From a virus (lineage: Duplodnaviria; Caudoviricetes), in the IMG/VR virus record IMGVR_UViG_3300043821_000026, positions 1 through 64,000 of that record: DNA of 64,000 bases; one strand, written 5' to 3'. The notes under the pieces were generated by a model. It was not told the origin of the DNA and ran no database searches. It saw only the letters and a program-made list of their open reading frames with translations. How positions within the stretch are numbered: position 1 is the stretch's first letter; each line of letters begins with the position of its first letter. Made by a program: the position numbers and the translations under genes. Shown here piece by piece: positions 9,137 to 21,000 of the stretch.

Positions 9137-12100
9137 ATGCCATATGCAATGTCAACAAGTGACCAAATTATTAATTTTGCTTTTAGAAGTACAAATCAAA
9201 TGGGAGGAACATTATTAGCTGTTCAATCTGGGCTAAATTCATTAACAGCTGTAGCAGGTTCTGTAGGTAGAGGATTATCAGATGCGATGAGTTTAACGCA
9301 ATCAGCAGCGTTAGCTATTGGAACAATTTCAGTTATGGCTTTTGGGCAAGCAGTTAATGCTGCCGGAGAATATGAAGCTAAAATGGCACAAGTACAGGCT
9401 ATTTCTGGACAAAGTGCTGCGGAAGTTGCTCAATTAGGAAATTCTGCTCAACAATTATCTGTTAAATACGGTATGTCACTTGATAATGTTACTAATGGTT
9501 TAATTACTTTAGGTCGTGCTGGTATTAATAATGCAGCTACTCAATCAGGAGTATTGGAAGAAGGATTTAAAATGGCAAAACTTGAAGGTATAGACCTCAA
9601 TACAGCATTAGAAGATTTAATTACAACAACTAACTTATTAAGCCAAACTAATGTTGATATGAATTCACCTGAATATATAACTCAAGTTAAAGAAATGAAC
9701 ACTAAACTTCTTACCGCATCTCAAGTTGCTCCAATTGATGTTAATGATGTAATAGAATCATTACAATATTCAGGAGGTTCAGCTGCGGCATCTCATATGG
9801 ATACAGATAATTTATTAGCTACCATATCAGCTATGGGAGCTAGAGGTACTAAAGGTTCGTTAGCGGGTACTGCATTACGTAATTTTATGACTAGAGATAT
9901 TACTTCTACTGGTAAAAATGCTTTAGAAAGTATTGGTATAACACCAGATGATTTTTGGAAAGCTGGTGGTAATCAAATGCGAAACATATCTGAATTAAAG
10001 CAAATCATTGATGAGAGAATGCAAACATTGGGTATGTCTAGACAAGAGCAATTATCATTTTGGTCTAAGTTTGCAGGACAAAAAATGGCAAACCAATTAA
10101 TGAAAATTGACCCATCTGAAGTTGAAAAATATCAAGAACAAATAGAAAAAGGTGCTGATGTTGAAAATGAAATGAATACCATTTTAACATCAACTAAAGA
10201 ATTGTGGAATGAAATAACAGCTGCTGGTGAAAATTTTGTTGTTAATGTTGGTTCTAAAATACTAGCTGTTGTAAATCCTATATTCCAAGTAGTTAAAGGT
10301 ATTGTTAGTGGAATAGGTAGTATACCATATTTAAATGATATTTTAGGCGTATTAGGAGCTGGTGGATTATTAGTAGGTGTTAGTGCTGGTGCTATGGCTT
10401 TATTTAACGTATTAGGTCCTAGTATAGCGTCATTAGTTAGACGTTTCAGAGAAGGGGAAAGTTGGACAAGTAAAATTAAAAATGAAGTTTTATCAATTAA
10501 AGACACTTGGAATGCAATGAAAAATCCAGCAGCATTTCAAGAAGGTGCTATAAGTTTAAATGACGCAGAAAGACAACAAATACTACAGGAAGCAGCTCGT
10601 AGACGATATGGTCAGTACGGATATCCACAAACTATTCAAGATAAAATGTGGGCAAAGGATGATGCTATTAGTAAAGGCCATGCTGTAAAAGAAATGTTTT
10701 ATGTACCAATAGAAGAAAGAGATAAAAATAAACATTATGTCAAGCCTACTGATGAATTAATTAGTATGATTATTGGTGAAAAATATGAATCATCAAAAGA
10801 TTTAGTTTCAATTGGTTCTAATAAGAATAATTTAAATACAAAAAATCAACCACCATCAGGTACAAATGAAGCCGAAGATAGAGCTAATCGAAATGATAGG
10901 GTAAAAAATATCAACGATAATCTTATTAAAATAGTATCTAATATGTCAGACTTTATGAAAACTTGTAATGATGGTATTAATGGTATATCAACTTCAATAA
11001 CAGATAATATAAGTATTAGTAATGGTCATCTTAAAGAAATTGAAGCAAAATTAACATCAATATCTAAAGTTGGCGAAAAAATTAGTACTGCTAATAAATA
11101 TTTAAATAATATTAATGAAAAAATTAAAAAATTAACCACTACTTTAGATAAAATCAATAAAAGAGAAGATACAACAAATAATGACCAAAAAGCAGAAATG
11201 GTTATTACACCTAATTCTGATAAAACAAATATTACTGTGGGTATAAATTTTAATAAAGAGGAAATTAATAATCTTAAGAAACAAATAGGTAAGCTAGAAA
11301 TAGTACCTAAAATCAAAATTAATGAAAAAGATTTTCAATCTCAAGTTAATTCTTTGAAGTTAAAAACTAATGTTATACTAAATACGGATAAAAATGATAT
11401 TGAAAAGAAAATAGAAAATATAAACAGTAATGTTGTTTTAAATATTAAAAATCTCAAGGAAATTGAACACATTACAATAACACCAAAAATTAATATAAAA
11501 TATCTACAGGAAGAATTAAGTAAAGCTAGTATGTCTGTAGAGTCGAAAGGTAATAATATTAATCCTATTGATTCTAAATCTATGTCTTCTGGTATTAAAG
11601 AAGGTATAGCATCATCTATAGATAATATATCTACCAGTATATATAATGGTATAAAAAAATCTGAAATAGAACTTATAGATATTATTAAGAAAGGAATAAA
11701 TGCTCATATTTCTGATAAAAATAGAATCGAATCCCAAGCTCGACAAAGAATTATTGAAGAACGTAATGGAAGAGAGGGGCTAGCGGGATTAAGAGAGGAA
11801 CTTAGTTCTAACAACACCAATACAAATGTAAACGATGGTAGTATAGAAAATCTTATTCAACAAAATCGTACTGCAAAAGGGTCTTTAAACCCACAAAATA
11901 ATAACGAATTAGTAACAGAAGCTCATACTGTAATACCTAATAGTGATGAAGATACTTTTTATAATAAGGAAAAAACCGTTCGTGAAAAAAGAGCTGAAGA
12001 AAGAGAAAGACAAAGAAGAGAGGAAAATAGATTAAACTCTTTGTCTATGGCATTAGTAGTTGCTGAACAAAAAGAACAGCAAAGACAATTATTACTATCT

Positions 12101-15100
12101 CAAAATAATCAAAACCAAAATAATCAAAACCAAAATGAGCCGGAACCAATTTTTAATAAAATGTATGGGCGTGATTTACGAAATGCACACGTACAAAAAA
12201 CTAAATTATATGAAGATGACCCACAAGGTTTAAATTATGAATTATTAAATCAAGAACGTAAACAAGAACGTAAATTATCTCAAAATACTACATCTAAATT
12301 TGCTAATTTTAGTGGAGAAGGTTCTGCACTATCATATGTAAATCATAAATTTGCACAAAATAAAAATACACAAATTGGTGAATCTGATTTTGTTAAACAT
12401 CTTACGAGTCCTTTTGATATTGATTTTGGTTTTATGACTAATAATCAAACCCCTTTAGCTCAAATACCAAGACCATCAAGTGTAGAGGCAAGATTTGCAG
12501 ATTTTAATAAAATAGATTTACAAGAATATATGAATCGTAGTGTATTCCCTAAATCATTGGGTAGATTTGTAGACACACCTTCACCACCTACCCATTCATC
12601 TAATGCATCTTATGTTTATGAAGATGGTCGGATGAAAAAAATTATACATCCAAATGAAAGCGACACTCTTATCAATGATAATACTGTACCTTCAGCATTA
12701 AAGTTTAATATTCCATTTAAATCAGATATCGGAAATGGTATGCAATCTTTAGATTCATTAGCTACACATCCTATAGATGAAAATATACAATTTCCATATA
12801 CTGATTTTTTCTATAATCTCTTACAACGCTTTGAAGATAAAAGAAGAAAAGAACTTAAACAAGTTGCGATAAATAAAGATAAAAGAAGAAAAGAACTTAA
12901 ACAAGTTGCGATAAATAAAATTAAAAACAGTCGAAAAGAGAATCCTTCAGTATTAAAATTTAGTATTCCATTTAAATCAGCTATTGGAAGTGGTATGAAA
13001 TCTTTAGATTCATTAGCTACATATCCTATAGATGAAAGTATACAATTTCCATATACTGTTGGAGCGGGTATGAATAGTTTACCATCATATCAACCTCGTA
13101 TTAAAGTGGTTAATGATATATCAAAATATAAAGAAATTGGTAGACATAGATATTATCAAGAACAACATCAAAAAGCTATTGATGTAGCTTCTATGACATC
13201 TCATGCTGAACCTCGTGATTATATATCTCCACAAGAAAGAAGAAAACTAAATATACGTACAAGTAATACATTAACTTCACTATGGACAGAAGGATTAGGT
13301 GCGTATATGTCATCACCAACTGGTACAGAGCGAGTATTAAATAATGTATTAGATGCAAGGTTACGAGCATCCAGTAGTCCAAATGTAAAAGAAATACGAG
13401 AATCAGAAGATAGAATCAAATTGTTTAAAAATAAAATGAAAAAACAATTAGAAGCAAAACTTGCCTTAGAAAGGAAAAAGATTAATCTTATTAAATCTGA
13501 AGAATTGGAGATTCAAAATAGGATTAATATGTTAGGTTATGGAAATACTAAGCAATTTACTTTACAAAAACCACAACTTGCCTTACCCGCTCCAATGCCT
13601 CAAAATATGACCGTTTTAAGTCCTCCACAAGAGGGGTCAAATTTCCATTATCTTGATACACGAACCAAAGAAGAAATTGGTAAAGAAATTTCACAAGGAG
13701 TTAAATGGGCATTTGATAATAATATTAATTTAAATAAATTTGCAAGTAATAAAAAATCTCCTATGCGGGTGTATCAAATTTCTGAAGCCCCACAACCGGT
13801 AACTACAAATAATATTGTAGCAGGAGCTACGCCAAACTTACCAACGGTTCCTATAACATCTAGTAGTTGGTTTAATGATTCTGAAGTAAATAATTTAGAG
13901 AATATAAAACATAAACTTCAAAGGGCTAATATTACAAACACAAATAAACTTGGGCATATTAGCGGAGATACTCTTACAAGATTAAATACTGAATCATATC
14001 GTACCAATACCAATATTGTATCAGATGATATTTTTGGTCCAGTATTACCTATACAATCTAAAGAACCAATAATTCCAAATAATATTAATACAGCAACTCA
14101 ACATAGAAAAGAAAATGAAGATAATCGTAAACGACAACAACGGTTATCAAATATAGAAAACAGTACAAATGAATCATCTATACTTGATTATATCCAATGG
14201 AAACAAGAACAAAAAGATATAAAAGAACAGGATATTAATAACCAAATCAATACAACTATGGGATATAATGTTAATGACTATCAAGCTTATATCGATATGG
14301 CACAAAATTTACCAGATGAGAATGGAGTTTTATATGGAAGTAAAGATAAAACAATACAAGGTGGTCAATTAGTAACTCCACAATATAGTAGTACAATCGA
14401 TATTATTAATGAGAAAAATCAAAAACAAATAGACAGAGATAAAAGACAAAAGGAAAGAAAAGAAAGAAGAGCTAGACAAGAAGCAAGAGAGAAAGAGATT
14501 CATGATAAAGGTTATAAATTACCAAAAGATGGTGGTACTAAAGCAAGTCGTTTTGCTCATAACTATGTAAAATCTATGGAAAATGGTTTTAAACGTATTA
14601 AAAAAATGAATTTTAAATCAATTGAAAAGAGTTTTAAGAAAATTCAAAAACTAGGAGCTAAAGCATTTAATAAAGTAACGAATGGTTTAATGAATGTTGC
14701 AATGGTTGCAGCTCCACAATTTGCTGACCAAATTTTCTTACTACAAGCTGGTATGGAATTAGCTGGTGGTGTAATGGAAGTTCTTAATTTACTTAGAGAT
14801 GAAGAAATTATGGAAATTATTATGACCGATATTGCTGTAGGAGCATTAACAGTTGAATTAGGTGCATTAATTTTACCTATAATAGCTGTAATAGCTGTAG
14901 TTGCTTTATTAGTTAAATCATTTGATGATTCTGCTAAGAAAAATAAAGAAAATGCAGATAAATTTAGTAAACAATATGATAAGCATTTTGAAAAATATAA
15001 TTATTATAAAAAACAATTAAAAAGCACAACAACAGCACATGATGAATATGCAGCTAAAATGAAACAAGAAGAGTCTATGATGAAAGCTGCAAGTTCTCAA

Positions 15101-17023
15101 TATGCTTACTATTCAAATAAAGTTGCTGAAGATAATTCAAATGATGTTTTAGGACAATATGGTGTAAGAGGTCAAGCAATAGCTGCATTTGGAATGTATG
15201 ACTTTTCCGATTTAGATAAAGAAACAGCAGATACTAGTGGTAGTATTAGAAGTGTTAAACAAGAAGGATTAGGTAATCAGTTCTGGAATGACTTGTTTCC
15301 ACAAATTGCAGGTCCAGCTAGTGCCGTATATGAAACAATAGACCCAACCGCTGGTTATCAAAAAGATATTCAAAATTATTATGATAAAAATGAAAAAGAT
15401 TTTAATTTAATGGACCAATATAAACAACCATTATCAACATTATTTAATGTAGAAACTGGTTTATTACCTAAATACGGTAATAGTAAGGAAGCTGTAAGAG
15501 CTAGTAAAGAATATCAAGACGCTATGAAGTTAGTTACTGATAAAACACATATGACATCTGAACAAGTTGAAGATTATTTAGATTGGATGGAAGGTAATCA
15601 AGTAGTACAACAAACTAAACAAAATATGCAATCAACTACAGACCAACATATGAATGCAGTTAGGGCTACAGTAGATGCTGCATGGACTGGCGAACCGATA
15701 GATACTTCTCGTCTTAAAGGTATGACAGAAATTCAAAAGAAAATGATAACATATGAAGCCACAAAAATTGCCAAAGAAGAATGGAAAGAATTAATTATGG
15801 CTAAAATATTATTAAATATTAAAAAAGGTGTAGATTGGATACATCTCATCTGTACTGCCCTTAAGGATATACCGGGAACTATTGCTGGTACTAATAAAGA
15901 TTTTAACAAAGGATGGAAAACAATACAAGGAGATTATAAAGCATTAGAAGCAATTGATAATACTCCGGGATATTCTGATAATCCTTTTGAAGCTATTCCT
16001 AACATGGCTCAAGCTAATGTTAATATGGCTGGTGATTATGTTAGAACCGAATTAGCTTCTGGAGATAGCTATGAAGCTGCAAAATCTGAAACAGAATCTA
16101 AAGAATCAGCTCCGGGAGTTACTCCGGGTGGGTTAGCTAATTTAAAAGCAAAAGAAACAGCTGCTGCATCAACACAAAATTCTGTTGGAGCTGGTGCTAC
16201 ATCAGCTGGAGCAGCTGCTGCAACTAATTCAGCTGGAGCTGGTGCTACATCATCTGGTGCTAGTAGTAAATCTAAAGATTCTAAAGCATCAAAACCTAAA
16301 AAACCAAAAACCCCAATAGAATATATTAAAACAGATGTATCTAAAATTAGACTTAGTGCAGCTAGAATTGCAAATTCTATAACTGGAGTAGCTGCACCAT
16401 TAGGTTTTGTAGCAAATCAATTTTTACCTAAAAAATTACCAAATAGTAAAGTTAGTAATCCAAAACATGCTGGAGCTAAAATGGTATTAACTAGAGGTTC
16501 TATAAATAATGCCGGTAACAGAATAGACCCTTTAAGTAGAATAAATACAAACGTAGGTAAGATAAGAATTAGTGAAGCTCGTTTAGCTAATTATTTAGTT
16601 CCTAAAAATCAAAAAAATAATCCAATTAAACAGTTAATTACTAATACATATAAAATCAGAGTTAGTGCATCTCGTATTGCAGATGTAGTAGCACCTGTAA
16701 AAGGTAAAGGTAAAGGTAAGGGTAAAGATAATAAGCCAAAAGGTGGCGGAGCTACAATAGAAATTAGTGGTGATTGGTATGTTAATACTACTGGTGACCC
16801 AGATGACCTTAAATCTCAAATGATGCAAATATTTGAAGAAATAAGTGATAGAATTAATCCTAAAGTTGTATCACAAATATCTGGTACACCACCAGCTTCT
16901 AGTAGCTCAAGTACAACAACAGATTCTAGTACAACTAATAATGCAAATTCTAATACAGCAACTACAACAGATGGTAGCAATAGTGGTACTAGCAGTAGTG
17001 GAAAAGATAGTTCAAAAAAATAA
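9137..17023 (+). CDS. Tail tape measure protein (TP901-type N-terminal core) with a large central non-canonical region
   Basis: 2628 aa after the chaperone. Core motifs 'YEAKMAQVQAISG', 'GTKGSLAGTALRN', 'ALESIGI'. Hydrophobic segments flank a long polar centre. Confidence 0.9.
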   Translation: MPYAMSTSDQIINFAFRSTNQMGGTLLAVQSGLNSLTAVAGSVGRGLSDAMSLTQSAALAIGTISVMAFGQAVNAAGEYEAKMAQVQAISGQSAAEVAQLGNSAQQLSVKYGMSLDNVTNGLITLGRAGINNAATQSGVLEEGFKMAKLEGIDLNTALEDLITTTNLLSQTNVDMNSPEYITQVKEMNTKLLTASQVAPIDVNDVIESLQYSGGSAAASHMDTDNLLATISAMGARGTKGSLAGTALRNFMTRDITSTGKNALESIGITPDDFWKAGGNQMRNISELKQIIDERMQTLGMSRQEQLSFWSKFAGQKMANQLMKIDPSEVEKYQEQIEKGADVENEMNTILTSTKELWNEITAAGENFVVNVGSKILAVVNPIFQVVKGIVSGIGSIPYLNDILGVLGAGGLLVGVSAGAMALFNVLGPSIASLVRRFREGESWTSKIKNEVLSIKDTWNAMKNPAAFQEGAISLNDAERQQILQEAARRRYGQYGYPQTIQDKMWAKDDAISKGHAVKEMFYVPIEERDKNKHYVKPTDELISMIIGEKYESSKDLVSIGSNKNNLNTKNQPPSGTNEAEDRANRNDRVKNINDNLIKIVSNMSDFMKTCNDGINGISTSITDNISISNGHLKEIEAKLTSISKVGEKISTANKYLNNINEKIKKLTTTLDKINKREDTTNNDQKAEMVITPNSDKTNITVGINFNKEEINNLKKQIGKLEIVPKIKINEKDFQSQVNSLKLKTNVILNTDKNDIEKKIENINSNVVLNIKNLKEIEHITITPKINIKYLQEELSKASMSVESKGNNINPIDSKSMSSGIKEGIASSIDNISTSIYNGIKKSEIELIDIIKKGINAHISDKNRIESQARQRIIEERNGREGLAGLREELSSNNTNTNVNDGSIENLIQQNRTAKGSLNPQNNNELVTEAHTVIPNSDEDTFYNKEKTVREKRAEERERQRREENRLNSLSMALVVAEQKEQQRQLLLSQNNQNQNNQNQNEPEPIFNKMYGRDLRNAHVQKTKLYEDDPQGLNYELLNQERKQERKLSQNTTSKFANFSGEGSALSYVNHKFAQNKNTQIGESDFVKHLTSPFDIDFGFMTNNQTPLAQIPRPSSVEARFADFNKIDLQEYMNRSVFPKSLGRFVDTPSPPTHSSNASYVYEDGRMKKIIHPNESDTLINDNTVPSALKFNIPFKSDIGNGMQSLDSLATHPIDENIQFPYTDFFYNLLQRFEDKRRKELKQVAINKDKRRKELKQVAINKIKNSRKENPSVLKFSIPFKSAIGSGMKSLDSLATYPIDESIQFPYTVGAGMNSLPSYQPRIKVVNDISKYKEIGRHRYYQEQHQKAIDVASMTSHAEPRDYISPQERRKLNIRTSNTLTSLWTEGLGAYMSSPTGTERVLNNVLDARLRASSSPNVKEIRESEDRIKLFKNKMKKQLEAKLALERKKINLIKSEELEIQNRINMLGYGNTKQFTLQKPQLALPAPMPQNMTVLSPPQEGSNFHYLDTRTKEEIGKEISQGVKWAFDNNINLNKFASNKKSPMRVYQISEAPQPVTTNNIVAGATPNLPTVPITSSSWFNDSEVNNLENIKHKLQRANITNTNKLGHISGDTLTRLNTESYRTNTNIVSDDIFGPVLPIQSKEPIIPNNINTATQHRKENEDNRKRQQRLSNIENSTNESSILDYIQWKQEQKDIKEQDINNQINTTMGYNVNDYQAYIDMAQNLPDENGVLYGSKDKTIQGGQLVTPQYSSTIDIINEKNQKQIDRDKRQKERKERRARQEAREKEIHDKGYKLPKDGGTKASRFAHNYVKSMENGFKRIKKMNFKSIEKSFKKIQKLGAKAFNKVTNGLMNVAMVAAPQFADQIFLLQAGMELAGGVMEVLNLLRDEEIMEIIMTDIAVGALTVELGALILPIIAVIAVVALLVKSFDDSAKKNKENADKFSKQYDKHFEKYNYYKKQLKSTTTAHDEYAAKMKQEESMMKAASSQYAYYSNKVAEDNSNDVLGQYGVRGQAIAAFGMYDFSDLDKETADTSGSIRSVKQEGLGNQFWNDLFPQIAGPASAVYETIDPTAGYQKDIQNYYDKNEKDFNLMDQYKQPLSTLFNVETGLLPKYGNSKEAVRASKEYQDAMKLVTDKTHMTSEQVEDYLDWMEGNQVVQQTKQNMQSTTDQHMNAVRATVDAAWTGEPIDTSRLKGMTEIQKKMITYEATKIAKEEWKELIMAKILLNIKKGVDWIHLICTALKDIPGTIAGTNKDFNKGWKTIQGDYKALEAIDNTPGYSDNPFEAIPNMAQANVNMAGDYVRTELASGDSYEAAKSETESKESAPGVTPGGLANLKAKETAAASTQNSVGAGATSAGAAAATNSAGAGATSSGASSKSKDSKASKPKKPKTPIEYIKTDVSKIRLSAARIANSITGVAAPLGFVANQFLPKKLPNSKVSNPKHAGAKMVLTRGSINNAGNRIDPLSRINTNVGKIRISEARLANYLVPKNQKNNPIKQLITNTYKIRVSASRIADVVAPVKGKGKGKGKDNKPKGGGATIEISGDWYVNTTGDPDDLKSQMMQIFEEISDRINPKVVSQISGTPPASSSSSTTTDSSTTNNANSNTATTTDGSNSGTSSSGKDSSKK
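12689..13058 (+). repeat. Nested duplications inside tape measure gene
   Basis: A diverged 115-bp direct repeat (12689-12803 and 12944-13058) encloses a perfect 42-bp tandem (12836-12877 / 12878-12919; DKRRKELKQVAINK x2). Confidence 0.85.
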
Positions 17024-17035
17024 TGAGGTAATAAA

Positions 17036-18049
17036 ATGGGAAGTAGTGACTCAAGCGATGTAGATTCTGAAGCAACAACAGATAGCTCAACAGATGGTTC
17101 TCTTAGCGATGAAACTGGTTCAACAGACTCAACAGACTCAACCGAAGAAGAAGAAAAACCTTTTGTTATATTAGGAATTAAATCGACTGAAGGAAATGTT
17201 GATGATAGTGTTCCAGAAAAATATAAAAAATTATGGCAAAATTGGAGTAAACAAAGAGGTTTATTAAAAATAAAACCAAAAATGCAATTTGCTTATAATA
17301 CTAAAGGTGAAGGTAATAAAAAATACGACCAAGATTTAATTGAAAAAACAAGTGTTAATTATCTTAATGCAGATAATATTACACAACCTGTAACTCAAAT
17401 TGTACCTATTCAAAATGTTAAAACAACACCACATTTAACAGGTTTTTCATTTTTTGATTCTAGTGATGGTAATTATGGAATTGAAAAAGCAACAACTGAA
17501 CATATGACCGTAGAATTTGAAGTTATGTTTAGTGAACTTATGCTATATTATTATAACTATAAAAATTATGCAAAAACATATGGTGGGTCACAATGGATGG
17601 GGCTTCAAAAATTAAGCGCCGTTACTGACTCAACTCTTGTTAATATCGATAAAAGAGAAGAGGCAGACGCATTTGTTAAAGTACGTGAAAGTTTTTTACA
17701 GGAATATTCAGGATGGGCTTGTACTTTTACATCTAGTAATTTTGGTAGTTTTGATGGAGTTATAACTGAATTAAGTTATGATATAGAAGAAGGGGAAACA
17801 GATGCTAAATATAGTGTTAAAATTGAAGAAGTAGTTGTGCCAACAGATACTACAACAAGTTCTGAAACTGGTAAAAGTAATGCTATTTATGGATATAGTG
17901 CAAGTTATTTTGCTAAAAATGGTGTTAATAATAATACAGCACATAATTTAAAAGTAGATAGTGGATATTCTAATTCAGGTAATTCATCTGCTATAACCCA
18001 AACATCAAGTAGTAGCGCATCTATTAACCAAAGCGAGGCGAATAATTAA
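17036..18049 (+). CDS. Putative tail tube initiator / baseplate protein
   Basis: Directly after the TMP. 'FDGVITELSYDIEEG...YSVKIEEV' is typical of tube-initiator folds. Acidic Ser/Thr-rich termini. Confidence 0.55.
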   Translation: MGSSDSSDVDSEATTDSSTDGSLSDETGSTDSTDSTEEEEKPFVILGIKSTEGNVDDSVPEKYKKLWQNWSKQRGLLKIKPKMQFAYNTKGEGNKKYDQDLIEKTSVNYLNADNITQPVTQIVPIQNVKTTPHLTGFSFFDSSDGNYGIEKATTEHMTVEFEVMFSELMLYYYNYKNYAKTYGGSQWMGLQKLSAVTDSTLVNIDKREEADAFVKVRESFLQEYSGWACTFTSSNFGSFDGVITELSYDIEEGETDAKYSVKIEEVVVPTDTTTSSETGKSNAIYGYSASYFAKNGVNNNTAHNLKVDSGYSNSGNSSAITQTSSSSASINQSEANN

Positions 18050-21000
18050 TGCCAAAAGCATCATCTAAAGACAATACTGGAGATTCAAAATCTGATGACT
18101 CTAAAACTAAAACATCAACCAATAATGGAAATGATGATAGCGATAACGGTAAATCAAAGTTATATTGTGAAAAATTAACTGTTAAAACAGCTTCAGATAA
18201 TAAAACACATGGATATTTCACAAAATTTTATTTAACATATGATGTTAATAATTCTGTCGCACCTGCTAGTTTAATATGTGGGCATATTAGTGATGATGTA
18301 ATTAAATATTGGGCTAACAATAATGACTATGTTACAGTATATAGTGGATATAAAGATGATGATAAACCAACTGAAGTGTTTTATGGAAAAGTTACACATG
18401 TTAGACAAAGAGGATATCAATTAGAGCTTCAATTAGACAATATTGGACGAAGGTTTAAACAAAAAATACCAGAAGAATTTAGAAGTTCATATATATTTAA
18501 TCAAAATGTTAGAGATGCTTTTCAAGCTATTTGTGAATTTATTGGCGTTCATTTTGTGTGTCCACCTCATGTAGACTTAGATGACCAAAATGCTTCAAGT
18601 TCAACTGATGCAAATTCTGCTAATCAAAATATTAGTACAGAAAATGGAGTAGCATCTTCAAATGCAAAAAGTGCTGGTAAACAAGGTTCAAGTACAGGCT
18701 CAACTGTAGGTGCAGTTGCTGGTGCAGCTGTAGGTGCAGTTGCTGGAGGATTTAGTACAGGTACTGTACAAGGTGCTGTAGCTGGAGCTAAACAAGGAGC
18801 CAATACTGGGTCAGCTGCTGGAAGTGCAATAGGTGGCGCTGTAGGTACAGCAGCTGCTAATGCAGTTAATGCAGCTACTGGAGCAACAGATGGGACAGGC
18901 ACAACCGATGAAGAACCAACAGAACAAATAGGATATCAAGGTATTGAATTTGATAGCACAGGAGCTATTTGTAAATCAGGAAAAAAGATAGAAGAAAATC
19001 CTGATATCATTAAAGCAACTGAAGCATTAACAGATTTACCTTTTGATTTATATGTAAAAGCTTATGAAGAATATTTAGAAAAGAAAAAAGAAGCCGAAGA
19101 AGCTGCTAAAAAAGCAGCATCAAGTTCTTCATCTGGAACTTCAGGAACATCTTCATCTAGTGGAAGTAGTAAAAGCTCATCAGGAAGTAGTTCAAGTAAA
19201 TCAAGTAGTAGTTCATCAAATAAACCAAAAACAGTTACAGACCCAAATAATTCATCAATAACATATACGCTTAACGCAAATGGGACAGTTACTAGAAAGG
19301 TTAATGGAAGCCCATATTCATGGGGTACTAATGTAACTGTTAAGTCAGTTAATTATGTACCAGCGAATATTAGAAAAAAACTCGGTGGTACTTCTAGCAA
19401 TACAGAAGCCGCTAAATCTATAATTAGTGATGTTAAAAGTAAAGGTAGTAGTTCAAGTAAATCAGGTACTGGTTCTAATACATCAAATGAGCAAAAATCT
19501 ACTGATGTTCAACAAAAAAAGAAAAATCCAGAATATCCAACACCTGCTGATATTCATGAAGATTTAATGAAATATCTTAGAGGTGAAACTTTTGAAGAGT
19601 TGCATGATGAGATAATGGATTATGATGCAATAACTATAGAACCAAAAACAGCGTCTTCATCATCAACTACATCAACACCAACTACAAATATGGGAACAAC
19701 TGGTACGACAGGTACTACAGGAACTGGTACGACAGGTACTACTAGCAGTACTGGTAGTTCATCAAGTGGAAGCTCTAAATCAAGTAGTTCATCAAGTGGA
19801 AGTTCTAAATCCAAAAATGGTGTTGGGTCATATATTCAAACAGCTGGAAGTGTACAATCTGGTATTAATAATCAGAAAACAGCAAGTAAATCATCTAACA
19901 AAGATAAAAGTACTGGTAGTGGTACAAGTGCTAAAAGTAATGCACAAAATGCTTTAAGTACATCTACTGCAAATGCAGCAGCTACAGGAACATCTGGTAC
20001 AGCTACTGGAGCAAATGCAGGTATGACAGTTGTTGTAAATAGTGATAACATTCAAGGAAAAGACGCTGACCAAAAAAGAATTGATGCTTGTGTATCAGCG
20101 TTACAACAAGCAGGATATACTGCTCAAAGTTCAGGTATTGACCCTAACGCACATTGTAGTGATACTAAATCAAACCAAAATTCATATATTGTATGTATTG
20201 TTGGTGGAGCTTGTTCAGGAACTTTTAATGATATGTTAAGTAGTGGTTATCAATCAACATTACAAAGTAATAGTGATAAAGTAGGTATAGCTTTTATGTA
20301 TGCTTATTCTGGAATGACTAATGGATTAAAAGGAGTTAGTTGGCTTCCAAGAGCGCACGATGATACATTTAGCGACCCTAGTTTTACTGGAATGTCTAAT
20401 CCAGTTCAAACATTACAACAAGGTGGAATCGGATATTGTGAAAGTGGAGATGAAACACAATTTCCACAAGAAGTAGTTAAAATGGTAAGTGGTAGCGCCG
20501 GAGCCGCCCAATCAACAGGTGGTGGGTCTTTAATATATAAAGATAAAACATTTGAAGACTGTATTAGAAGAATATGTGAGTCTACTGATTCAGTATTTAT
20601 TGTTGAATGTAATGCAGCATTTTTATTCCCTTATACAGATTGGATGCAATTATTAAATCAGAAAAAAGGAATAAAGCATATCTACAAAATGGATATGGAT
20701 ACAGACACTTTTGAGTTTAATTACGCTAATGATGGATTCTATAATTCTGTTACTGTAAAATATAAAGGTGGAAGTGTAACAGAAAAATACGAAGATTTAA
20801 TTAAGATTTACGGCGAGAATAATAAAGAATTTGAAGATGAAGAAATTGATGAAGATACAGCAAGATATAAAGCAAATTCATATCTTGCACAATATGTTAG
20901 AGCATACAATAATAAAACACGTTTAAGAGCTTTGCAAAGATATAGATATCTAGGCGGTAATTTTTATACTGTTCAAAATCCATTAACAAATCATAATGAA

